Origin: Bacillota bacterium
GTDB lineage: Bacteria; Bacillota; Clostridia; DSM-8532
NCBI GenBank assembly: GCA_023426765.1
Contig: JAEZBW010000001.1
Span: 1-36,651, forward strand
Length of the DNA: 36,651 nt
Reading direction: 5' to 3'
Shown here: positions 9,270 to 17,211 of the stretch, piece by piece
Position numbering within the stretch: position 1 is the stretch's first letter
Layout of the letters: each line of letters begins with the position of its first letter
The notes under the pieces: generated by a model
What the model was told of the DNA's origin: nothing
The model's database searches: none
Seen by the model: the letters and a program-made list of their open reading frames with translations, nothing else
Translations under genes and position numbers: made by a program

Positions 9270-9438
9270 GAATTATTTGTCTCATCGAATCATATTCTAT
9301 CCGCAATGGTAAAGAATATGAAGAGGAGCATGCATCATTTGCGAAAGTTTATGAATTTCGAATGTAAAAACCCGAAACCGTATGCTGAAATGGAAATTTC
9401 GCCGGGAAAAGGGTAAAAGGCACAGGGAGGAAATTACT

Positions 9439-10446
9439 ATGCAGGAGTTCACATCCATCAGGACAGACCTTGCACTGGAGGTTCATGAAAAAAACCAGCA
9501 GGACATGAAGCGTCAGGGGACGGCCAAAGCATATCCCTACGGGGAAGGGGTTGAGGTTGAGGAGGACGGGAACGAAAACATCCATGTCACCCGTGTAAAA
9601 ATAAGCTCTCCCGAAGGGGAAAAAAGCATCGGAAAACTCATGGGGAATTATATTACGCTGGATATCCCGAAGCTGAAGGAAAATGACCGGGACCTTTACG
9701 AGAATACCTGCCGGGCCGTAGCTTTTGAGCTTCAGCGCATCATTCATCTGGGTGAGAAGGATACGGTGCTGATCGTAGGTCTGGGAAACTGGAACATCAC
9801 GCCCGACGCATTGGGCCCGAAGGTTTCTTCCTATTTAATGGTTACGCGGCATCTGCATGAATATCTGCCCGAACAGGTGGATGACGGCGTCAGACCTGTG
9901 TGCGCAATATCACCAGGAGTTTTGGGGTTAACGGGAATTGAAACGAGTGACATTGTTAAAGGCGTTGTGGACAGGGTGAAGCCTTCTTTGGTGATCGCCA
10001 TCGATGCACTGGCCTCCCGCAAGATGAACCGTGTGAATACCACCATACAGATTGCCGATACGGGAATTTCTCCCGGTTCAGGCGTTGGCAACAAACGGGC
10101 GGAGCTCTCCAAAAAAACCCTGGGGGTGGATGTGATTGCCATCGGAGTGCCCACCGTGGTCGATGCCGCAACCATGGCCAACGACACCATCGAGCTGGTG
10201 ATTGACAGTCTGCTCAACCATTCCCAGGAGGGCACGGATTTTTATCAGATGCTGAAAAACATGGAACAGAATGATAAATATACCCTGATCAAAGAGGTTC
10301 TGGAACCTTACGGCGGAAATCTGGTGGTTACGCCGAAGGAAATGGACGATGTGATTGAGCGGGTTTCAAAGGTCGTGGCCAACGGCATTAACCTGGCACT
10401 GCATAAAAACATCGGCTTCAATGATATCGATCGGTATTTGCAATAA
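9439..10446 (+). CDS. gpr: Germination protease (spore endopeptidase that degrades SASPs)
   Basis: IRTDLALE, VGLGNWNITPDALGP, IAIDALASR and IGVPTVVDAAT motifs of GPR. GGGAGG at 9425-9430 precedes the ATG at 9439. The ORF-track start at 9382 has no RBS. Confidence 0.9.
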   Translation: MQEFTSIRTDLALEVHEKNQQDMKRQGTAKAYPYGEGVEVEEDGNENIHVTRVKISSPEGEKSIGKLMGNYITLDIPKLKENDRDLYENTCRAVAFELQRIIHLGEKDTVLIVGLGNWNITPDALGPKVSSYLMVTRHLHEYLPEQVDDGVRPVCAISPGVLGLTGIETSDIVKGVVDRVKPSLVIAIDALASRKMNRVNTTIQIADTGISPGSGVGNKRAELSKKTLGVDVIAIGVPTVVDAATMANDTIELVIDSLLNHSQEGTDFYQMLKNMEQNDKYTLIKEVLEPYGGNLVVTPKEMDDVIERVSKVVANGINLALHKNIGFNDIDRYLQ

Positions 10447-10708
10447 TTGTCTTCAAGCTATTTGGGGCTTTATCTGAAAATCATTTTATAGTATGATAAA
10501 CAACAGGACATTTTCATCGGTGCCGATTGAAGAGAAAAGACCTCATGCACACAGGCACAGCCTTACCGGTGCTTTGCATCCGGCAGCCTGTAAATCATCC
10601 GGCAATCCAATGAAAAGGTGCAACAGCTTCAGGCAATTACGGCCTGAAAATAAGTCTTCCTTGGGGGTTAACGATTTGAAGCGCAATTTGAGGGATCCGG
10701 ATAATGAT

Positions 10709-11614
10709 ATGTTCAGAAATGGCAGAAAGAACTATCGCGTGAAAAAAATACCCAGGTTTGTCGCCGCATTGGCCGTGCTGGTGCTGAGCATTATCACACT
10801 GTTTCTTGTCACGCGTAATGATTCGCAGCTGATAAAGGATGTCATGTCTGCGATTGCACCTACCCCTTCGCCCACCCCTTCGCCCACACCCACACCCTCA
10901 CCAACGCCCACTCCATCACCAACACCGACGCCGATACCCATCAGCAGAGTGACTGTTGTCGTCGATCCGGGGCATGGGGGTTACGATCCCGGAACGGTCT
11001 CTCCCTTTGAAGATAATTTTTATGAAAAAGAGGTTACCCTGGACATTGGTCTGCGCGTGAAGGAAAAGCTGGAACAGGCTGGTATTCAGGTGGTCATGAC
11101 CCGGGACACCGACACAGCGCTGCACGATTTCTGGAAGGCAGATGTCTGGGAGCGGGCCAGAATTGCCAATGAAGCGAAAGCCACATTTTTTGTCAGCATT
11201 CATGTGAACGCTTTTAAGGGGAAAAATGCCTCGGTTTACAATGGAACCTTAATTTATCATCAGGGTTATCAGTATGGAGAATTCAGCAGCAAGGAGTTTG
11301 CCCAAATCATGGGCGAAGAAATAGATGCGGTTACCGATACCAAATTTAACGGGACCGTCAAAGATGATTTCGGCGTCACAAGGCTGTCGGAAATGCCTGC
11401 CCTTTTGGTGGAAACGGCTTACATCACAAGTCCCGAAGATCATCAGCGTCTAAAATCCAATGAATTCCGGGAAAACATGGCCGAGGGGATCGTGAACGGA
11501 ACCCTGCGCAGCCTTGAAAAGCTTGGAGCTTTCAACAAGGATGGGGTATACAGGATTCCGGACGAACAGCGGGCAGCTTTTCTAGCGTCGGTCCCACCGC
11601 TCCCGGAGTACTAA
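10709..11614 (+). CDS. N-acetylmuramoyl-L-alanine amidase (Amidase_3 family, CwlD-like) with an N-terminal TM and a Pro/Thr linker
   Basis: VVVDPGHGGYDPG, FFVSIHVNAF and LVETAYITSPED are Amidase_3 zinc-ligand blocks. The TM helix is FVAALAVLVLSIITLFLV. The start is uncertain: ATG 10709, or TTG 10676 with GGGGG 8 nt upstream. The 10493 start adds non-protein-like sequence. Confidence 0.85.
   Translation: MFRNGRKNYRVKKIPRFVAALAVLVLSIITLFLVTRNDSQLIKDVMSAIAPTPSPTPSPTPTPSPTPTPSPTPTPIPISRVTVVVDPGHGGYDPGTVSPFEDNFYEKEVTLDIGLRVKEKLEQAGIQVVMTRDTDTALHDFWKADVWERARIANEAKATFFVSIHVNAFKGKNASVYNGTLIYHQGYQYGEFSSKEFAQIMGEEIDAVTDTKFNGTVKDDFGVTRLSEMPALLVETAYITSPEDHQRLKSNEFRENMAEGIVNGTLRSLEKLGAFNKDGVYRIPDEQRAAFLASVPPLPEY
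10858..10938 (+). repeat. Imperfect tandem repeat encoding the (P-T-P-S)n linker of the amidase
   Basis: Encodes PTPSPTPSPTPTPSPTPTPSPTPTPIP. The minus-strand GVGVGEGVG ORF (10732..10941) is its mirror image. Confidence 0.9.
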
Positions 11615-11690
11615 TAAACAGTTTGGCCTGGCAGAAAGCATCGGGGTTTCCTGCCAATCCGCGATAAATGCGGAGTTCTGGAGGTGCCAT

Positions 11691-13676
11691 ATGAGCGAAC
11701 AGCTTCAGAAAATGAAACAACTGGTTGAAAAACTAAATGAAGCAGCAAAGGCTTACTATCAGGAAAACCGTGAGATCATGCCCAACATCGAATATGACCG
11801 GCTGTATGACGAATTGCTTGCGCTTGAAGAGGAAACGGGCGTTGTGCTCTCCGACAGCCCCACTGTCCGGGTAGGCTACGAGCTGATGACCAATCTTCCG
11901 AAGGAAGCCCATGAAAGCCCTATGTTGTCGCTGGACAAAACCAAGGAACTCAGCGCTTTGCAGCAGTGGCTCGGGGATAAGAAGGGCCTGCTTTCCTGGA
12001 AGCTGGACGGCCTGACGATCGTTTTAACCTATGACGGCGGAAAGCTGTTAAAGGCTGTCACCCGAGGCAATGGCGAGGTGGGAGAGGTGATCACCAACAA
12101 TGTCAGGGTGTTCAGAAATATTCCCGTCACCATCCCCTTCAAAGGGAACCTTGTACTCCGGGGAGAAGCGGTTATCAGTTATTCCGACTTTGATAAAATT
12201 AACAGTGAAATCGCTGAAACCGATGCAAAATACAAGAACCCGCGCAATCTCTGCAGCGGATCGGTTCGCCAGTTAAACAACCAAATTACCGCCGAGCGCA
12301 ATGTATACCTGTACGCAGTCACCCTCGTGAAGGCCGAAGGGGTGGATTTTCAAAATTCCAGGCAGGAACAGATGACCTGGATGAAGCGTCAGGGCTTCGA
12401 TGTGGTTGTGTATCGGCTGGTTGATGCTGCCGATCTGGAAGAAGCCGTTGCTTCGTTTACACGCGAAATCGAAGGAAGCGACCTTCCCGCAGACGGGCTG
12501 GTGCTTACGATTGATGATATCGCTTATGGACTATCACTGGGCCGGACGGCCAAATTCCCCAGAGATGCCATCGCTTTCAAATGGCAGGACGAAATTCGCG
12601 AAACCAAGCTTGTCGAAATTGAGTGGAGTGCGTCCAGAACGGGCTTAATCAACCCGATTGCTGTTTTCGAACCCGTGGAACTGGAAGGAACCACCGTCAG
12701 GCGGGCAAGCGTACATAATGTCAGCATTCTCGAAGCCCTTGAGCTTGGTGTCGGAGATACCATCGGCGTATACAAGGCCAATATGATCATTCCGCAGATC
12801 GCTCTTAACATGACCCGAAGCGGTACCGCGCAAATACCGCAGCAGTGCCCGGTGTGCGGAGGAAATACAACCATCCGGCAGGAAAATGGCGTAAAATCCC
12901 TGTTCTGTACAAATGAAAACTGTCTGGCGAAACAGATCAAGGCGTTCACTCATTTTGTCAGCAGAGATGCCATCAATATCGAAGGTTTATCGGAAGCCAC
13001 CCTTGAAAAATTTATCTCAAAGGGTTTTATCCGGGAGTATGCAGATATCTTCCGCCTGGATCGATATCAGGATGAAATCATTCAGATGGAGGGCTTCGGG
13101 GAAAAATCCTGGCAGAAGCTGAACGAGGCTGTCAATAAAGCCAGAAAAACCAATGCCGTAAGGCTTCTTTACAGCCTGGGCATTCCCAATATCGGGCTTG
13201 CCAATGCCAAACTGATTTGCAGAAAACTGAACCATGACTGGAACAATATTAGCCAGGCAACCTGGGAGCAGCTGATACAGATCAGTGGCATCGGCGAAGT
13301 GATGGTTCAGGAATTCCTGCGCTTTTTCAGCAATGAAAAAACACGGGAGGTTCTGGACAATCTGCTGGCAGAACTTGAGCTATCTGCTCCTGAAGCTTCT
13401 TCAGCCGCACCTTTATTTGAAGATGTCCAGTTTGTGATCACCGGCAGCGTCGAACATTTTAAAAACAGAAATGATTTAAAGGACACCATCGAGAAGCTTG
13501 GCGGGAAAGTAACTGATTCGGTCACGGCAAAGACGCACTACCTGATCAACAATGATAAAATGTCGGGTTCCTCCAAAAATAAAAAGGCAAAGGAACTGGG
13601 CATTCCCATCCTGTCGGAAAAGCAATTCCTGGAATGGCTGAACAGCGGCAATAAACCTGCAGAAGAGTCATCCTGA
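11691..13676 (+). CDS. ligA: NAD+-dependent DNA ligase
   Basis: The adenylation motif SWKLDG, Zn-finger cysteines (CPVCGG...C..ENC), HhH repeats and a C-terminal BRCT (FVITGSVEHFK...). Length is 661 aa. Confidence 0.97.
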   Translation: MSEQLQKMKQLVEKLNEAAKAYYQENREIMPNIEYDRLYDELLALEEETGVVLSDSPTVRVGYELMTNLPKEAHESPMLSLDKTKELSALQQWLGDKKGLLSWKLDGLTIVLTYDGGKLLKAVTRGNGEVGEVITNNVRVFRNIPVTIPFKGNLVLRGEAVISYSDFDKINSEIAETDAKYKNPRNLCSGSVRQLNNQITAERNVYLYAVTLVKAEGVDFQNSRQEQMTWMKRQGFDVVVYRLVDAADLEEAVASFTREIEGSDLPADGLVLTIDDIAYGLSLGRTAKFPRDAIAFKWQDEIRETKLVEIEWSASRTGLINPIAVFEPVELEGTTVRRASVHNVSILEALELGVGDTIGVYKANMIIPQIALNMTRSGTAQIPQQCPVCGGNTTIRQENGVKSLFCTNENCLAKQIKAFTHFVSRDAINIEGLSEATLEKFISKGFIREYADIFRLDRYQDEIIQMEGFGEKSWQKLNEAVNKARKTNAVRLLYSLGIPNIGLANAKLICRKLNHDWNNISQATWEQLIQISGIGEVMVQEFLRFFSNEKTREVLDNLLAELELSAPEASSAAPLFEDVQFVITGSVEHFKNRNDLKDTIEKLGGKVTDSVTAKTHYLINNDKMSGSSKNKKAKELGIPILSEKQFLEWLNSGNKPAEESS

Positions 13677-13738
13677 TCATTCCATTTGCATTGTTCAATA
13701 TTCACCATGAAACCGCGCAATTCTCTCTGAAATTGATA

Positions 13739-13767
13739 TTGTTTTCAACACTCCGATTTTCTATAAT
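13739..13767 (+). promoter_or_regulatory. Candidate sigma-A promoter (TTGTTT-N17-TATAAT)
   Basis: -35 TTGTTT at 13739-13744, a 17-nt spacer, and a perfect -10 TATAAT at 13762-13767. It would give a leader of about 150 nt before the ATG at 13928. Confidence 0.45.
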
Positions 13768-13927
13768 AGGGTTATCACCCTGATATGACTTTCAGGGAAA
13801 TCTCCCCCGTCGGCAAGGCTGCAGAAAACTCCGGGCCTTACCGGACGACCGGATGAGCGTTGAAAATGGTTCAGTGTATGACTGGTCTTCCTGTTTGAAG
13901 CCAGCCCGGAGAGGAATAGATAAAATC

Positions 13928-14194
13928 ATGGCCGAAACACGCAGAAATGCCGCAGTAAAGGACGACAGCAATGGTCCCAGTCTCATGTATACCCTGCATG
14001 CTATCTCCCGTATGAGTAAAGACGAAATTGATTTGCTGAAGAAACTGAGAAAATCCAGAGAGCCCGAAGCCCCCCTGAATGAGGACGAAAATAGTATCCT
14101 TCCGCATATTCTGGAGGGATTTAATGTTAAAACGATCCAGGAGGTACTTGCCGCCGTGGATCATTTTCAACTATTTGAACTGTATGATTTTTAA
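13928..14194 (+). CDS. Hypothetical small protein (88 aa), no family recognised
   Basis: ORF MAETRRNAAVKDDSNGPSLMYTLHAISRMSKDEIDLLKKLRKSREPEAPLNEDEN...FQLFELYDF. GGAGAGGA at 13908-13915 lies about 12 nt before the ATG. The composition is charged and helix-prone. The earlier ATG at 13853 has no RBS and lies in predicted leader hairpins. Confidence 0.5.
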   Translation: MAETRRNAAVKDDSNGPSLMYTLHAISRMSKDEIDLLKKLRKSREPEAPLNEDENSILPHILEGFNVKTIQEVLAAVDHFQLFELYDF

Positions 14195-14307
14195 GTAAAA
14201 TGTTTACAAAATGATAAACTTGGTAGAAATAAGATGCAGGGGTTCATCAGATAAATCTGCTGTAACAGTTCATCACAAAAGAACTGGCAGATACGGAGGT
14301 CTGTAGG

Positions 14308-15390
14308 TTGGATAGGAAAATCAAGGTCAGCATTGATGCCTGTTTGCCCGGAATGGTAACTGCTGAAACAATTTACAACAAATACGGGGCGGTCATCGTA
14401 TGGGAAAACACAAAACTGGATGATTCGGCAATCAATCGGCTGAAGGATTTCAGGATGGATGCCATTTATATTCTGGAATCCAGTCTGCCATACAAGCAGA
14501 ACCAGTCCGAGGCGGAAATGCCCGCACCAAGGGCTTTGGTCAGGGAAGAAGATATTCCGTTCACCGAAGCTTATGAAAAAGACACGGATGAATTCAAAAC
14601 GGTTCTGCATGATTTATCCATTGGGAAAACCATCAGCCTGAACAAAACGATTGAAATTGCCAATTCGGTTTTTTCCAGGAAAAATGACAACCGTGAAATT
14701 ATTGATTGCATTACGCAAATCCGTAAAGTGGATGAATACACTTATTACCACAGTGTCAACGTTTCTCTGCTGGCCATGCTGATAGGAAAGTGGATGAAGC
14801 TCGGTTCCGATGATATCTATATGCTCGTCCAGGCAGGGCTGCTGCATGATATCGGAAAAAGCCTGATACCCGCTGAAATTCTGAACAAGCCCGGAAAGCT
14901 GACCGAAGAAGAGTTGATGAACGTGAAAAAACACGCCGAATATGGTTATTATCTGGTCAGACATCTGAAAGGGATAGACAAAAGGGTATCCGAAGCGGTT
15001 TACCACCACCATGAGCGTGAGGATGGTTCGGGATACCCCCTGGGCCTGCCCGGCGACCAGATCTCGCAGTTTGCCAAAATCCTGGGGGTGGCCGACACCT
15101 TTGACGCGATGACGGCAAACCGGACCTATAAACTGAAGGAATCGCCCTTCCGCGTTTTTGACCTGATGCAGAATGGCTGCTTCGGGTATCTCGATCCCGT
15201 TATTCTGGATACATTCCTGGCACATATTTCACATTATTATATCGGATATAAGGTGAAGCTGAGCGACGGACGAATTGCGGAAGTGGTATATATCAACCGC
15301 CAGCTGTATGGCAAGCCCGTTCTGAAGGTAGATGATGCCTATCTGGATATGTCTGTGGCAAAAAATGTTACCATTGAAGAGGTCGTCTGA
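14308..15390 (+). CDS. HD-GYP domain protein (putative cyclic-di-GMP phosphodiesterase) with an uncharacterised N-terminal domain
   Basis: HSVNVSLLAMLIG, LLHDIGKSLIP, HHHEREDGSGYPLGL and GVADTFDAMTANRTYK are the HD and GYP signatures. TTG start with GGAGG at 14294-14298. Confidence 0.85.
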   Translation: MDRKIKVSIDACLPGMVTAETIYNKYGAVIVWENTKLDDSAINRLKDFRMDAIYILESSLPYKQNQSEAEMPAPRALVREEDIPFTEAYEKDTDEFKTVLHDLSIGKTISLNKTIEIANSVFSRKNDNREIIDCITQIRKVDEYTYYHSVNVSLLAMLIGKWMKLGSDDIYMLVQAGLLHDIGKSLIPAEILNKPGKLTEEELMNVKKHAEYGYYLVRHLKGIDKRVSEAVYHHHEREDGSGYPLGLPGDQISQFAKILGVADTFDAMTANRTYKLKESPFRVFDLMQNGCFGYLDPVILDTFLAHISHYYIGYKVKLSDGRIAEVVYINRQLYGKPVLKVDDAYLDMSVAKNVTIEEVV

Positions 15391-15424
15391 GTTTCAGGCT
15401 GTTCCGGTGTTTATAAGCAAGTGT

Positions 15425-15458
15425 AAGAGCCTTTCTGCAAAAGAAGAAGGCTCTTTTT
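15425..15458 (+). terminator. Rho-independent terminator after the HD-GYP gene
   Basis: AAGAGCCTT (15425-15433) / AAGGCTCTT (15447-15455): a perfect 9-bp stem with a 13-nt loop, running into a T-run to 15458. Confidence 0.75.
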
Positions 15459-15532
15459 GTGTGCTGTCGTATCCGGGAACATCCGCAGAGCAATGGTATT
15501 GCCTCATGCAAATAATCCCGCCGGGAAAGGTA

Positions 15533-15561
15533 TTGTAACTTATCGTAAAAATCTTTACAAT
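15533..15561 (+). promoter_or_regulatory. Candidate sigma-A promoter for the DUF881 pair (TTGTAA-N17-TACAAT)
   Basis: -35 TTGTAA at 15533-15538, a 17-nt spacer, and -10 TACAAT at 15556-15561. Confidence 0.45.
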
Positions 15562-15630
15562 AGTGATATATCAAAAATCATGAGGCTCAACGCCTGCATT
15601 GAAATAATTCAGGAAAGGAAGGAATGAACC

Positions 15631-16356
15631 TTGCAGCAGAAAACCAAAGGGATACTGTTTATTGTTTTCCTTCTTTTCGGAATGATTATAACCATGCAGT
15701 TTCGTACTATCCTGTCAGCCCAGCAGCAAACCGCCAGGGGGCAGACTTCCCTGCAATCTCTTTCGGCCGAGCTTGAGCAGGTGATCGGTGAAGGCAACCA
15801 AATGCAGGAACAGCTTCGGAAAATGGAAGAAGAGTATGATGAGATCATGGATCAGCGGGGCAATAATGACAACCCCATGCTCAATGAACTGCTGCGGGAA
15901 AGAAAAGAAGCGCAGTTTCACAGCGGGATGACCGATGTAAAGGGCAGCGGTGTCATCGTCACGCTGAATGACGCCCCCGCCAGAGCCGAAGTGGATCCGT
16001 CGGAATTGATCATCCATGACATGGATATCATTGAAATCATGAACGAACTCAGAGCTGCGGGGGCACAGGCGCTTTCCATCAACGACGAGCGCATCCTGGC
16101 CACCAGCAAACAGTTTTGCGCCGGCCCGACCATTTTAATCAACCAGAACCGTTATCCGGTTCCCTATATCATCAAAGCCATCGGGGATCCGGAGGCTTTA
16201 TATACTGCGCTGGAGGAAAGCGAAGCTGTCATCATCATGAGGATATACAATATCCAGGTAGATATCCGGAAGGAACAGGAGATTGTCATTCCCCGATTTA
16301 AAGCGTATCAGAACATCGAATATATGGTATCCGGGTTGGAGGTTGTAAACCAATGA
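15631..16356 (+). CDS. DUF881-family membrane protein (YlxW/YlxX-like), copy 1
   Basis: N-terminal TM, a coiled-coil segment, then GSGVIVTLND...IHDMDIIEIMNELRAAGAQALSINDERILATS...PYIIKAIGDPEAL, the conserved DUF881 core. TTG start preceded by AGGAAGGA. Confidence 0.85.
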   Translation: MQQKTKGILFIVFLLFGMIITMQFRTILSAQQQTARGQTSLQSLSAELEQVIGEGNQMQEQLRKMEEEYDEIMDQRGNNDNPMLNELLRERKEAQFHSGMTDVKGSGVIVTLNDAPARAEVDPSELIIHDMDIIEIMNELRAAGAQALSINDERILATSKQFCAGPTILINQNRYPVPYIIKAIGDPEALYTALEESEAVIIMRIYNIQVDIRKEQEIVIPRFKAYQNIEYMVSGLEVVNQ

Positions 16357-17048
16357 AATTTTTCAAGCAGGCTGCATTAACGGTCGTATGCCTGATCCTG
16401 GGCATTGTCGTTGCGATGCAGTACAGAAGCGTCAAAATTAATAACTCACTGGCAGTCTACGAGCAGCAGCGTTCCAGCGACTTGATTTCCGATCTTCTGC
16501 GGGAAAAGGAAAATAACGAGCAGCTGAGCAAAAGGATACAGGAACTGCAGAAGGATCTGGAAGAATTGCGGAATGGAACAAGCAATGATGCGGATTATAT
16601 TCAGTCCATGAAAAAGCAGATTCTGGAGCTTCAGATTCTTGCCGGTAAAAAAACGGTGAAAGGCAAGGGTGTGATTGTAACTATCGACAGCCAGGGCACC
16701 GCACAGGTGGAAGACAGCAATATCCTGGCCGTGCTGAACGAGCTGAGGGCGGCGGACGTACAGGCTTTAGCGGTGAACGATGAAAGAATCATTGCCACCA
16801 GTGAAGTCCGCAGGGCGGGCAGCTATATGACCGTGAACGGAAGAAAGCTTCTGCCGCCGTATATTATCAAGGCCATAGCCGATCCTGTAAAGCTGGAGAA
16901 TTCACTGAAGATCATGCATGGGATTGTGGATATTCTGAAATATTACGATCTGAAGGTGGAGGTAAAACAGGAGGAGAACATCATCATTCCTGCGGTGCGG
17001 GATGATGGAACCGTCCTGAGAACTGATCTGCTGACGCCGGTGGAGTAA
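16353..17048 (+). CDS. DUF881-family membrane protein, copy 2
   Basis: Same architecture as copy 1: GKGVIVTIDS...ILAVLNELRAADVQALAVNDERIIATS...PYIIKAIADPVKL. Its ATG overlaps the stop of copy 1 (ATGA, 16353-16356). Confidence 0.85.
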   Translation: MKFFKQAALTVVCLILGIVVAMQYRSVKINNSLAVYEQQRSSDLISDLLREKENNEQLSKRIQELQKDLEELRNGTSNDADYIQSMKKQILELQILAGKKTVKGKGVIVTIDSQGTAQVEDSNILAVLNELRAADVQALAVNDERIIATSEVRRAGSYMTVNGRKLLPPYIIKAIADPVKLENSLKIMHGIVDILKYYDLKVEVKQEENIIIPAVRDDGTVLRTDLLTPVE

Positions 17049-17126
17049 TCTCCCATCTTTTTCGCCCCGGTGCAACAGCCTGGCATTTTTTCACCCGGAA
17101 ATGATATATATAGTAATAGGAATTTG

Positions 17127-17211
17127 AAGAGCCTGGGAACAGAATACCTCATGTATTCGTTCATTTTCCCCGGATACAGCGCAAGCTGCACAGGGGAAGG
17201 GCTCTTTTTTT
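17127..17211 (+). promoter_or_regulatory. Multi-helix RNA element with a U-tract directly abutting the pdaA start codon (attenuator, riboregulator or complex terminator)
   Basis: Closing helix AAGAGCC (17127-17133) / GGCTCTT (17200-17206). Inner hairpin GAATAC (17142-17147) / GTATTC (17153-17158). Inner hairpin TTCCCC (17166-17171) / GGGGAA (17193-17198), which encloses CAGC-GCAA-GCTG (17177-17188). T7 at 17205-17211, then the ATG at 17212. Confidence 0.45.

Noticed and set aside
9270-9438. I looked for a forespore SigF/SigG promoter (GnATA-N17/18-CATnnTA) upstream of gpr. I also looked upstream of the SASP gene, where CATAATA occurs on the minus strand at 27528-27534.
   Set aside because: For gpr, no motif pair with correct spacing was found. 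For the SASP gene, only the -10-like CATAATA is convincing and the -35 is poor. Neither was good enough to annotate as a feature.
10493-10708. The N-terminal 72 codons of the amidase ORF as listed in the track. Analogous long N-terminal extensions start at 747, 9382, 26040, 29242 and 27960 (minus strand).
   Set aside because: In each case an internal start with a strong Shine-Dalgarno sequence coincides with the beginning of the family-conserved sequence or TM helix. The extension is not protein-like.
10858-10938. A short-period repeat that could be mistaken for a minisatellite or CRISPR-like array.
   Set aside because: It is in frame within the amidase gene and simply encodes a Pro/Thr/Ser linker. 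There is no spacer/repeat organisation.
13775-13927. Possible c-di-GMP (GEMM-type) riboswitch in the leader upstream of the small ORF and HD-GYP gene. It was suggested by GGCAAGGC and GCAGAAAACUCCGGGCC strings and by the c-di-GMP-related downstream gene.
   Set aside because: The conserved GEMM-I cores as I remember them (ACGCACAGGGCAAACC and GACGCAAAGCC.CCGG) are not matched. The helices I can draw do not reproduce the GEMM architecture. I kept it only as an unclassified structured leader.
14614-15225. A 203-aa minus-strand ORF inside the HD-GYP gene. Similar antisense ORFs occur at 20729-21325, 30118-30786, 19526-20005, 18566-19036 and 8184-8675.
   Set aside because: All are antisense to genes with strong motif support. 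They lack an RBS and recognisable motifs, so they are shadow ORFs.
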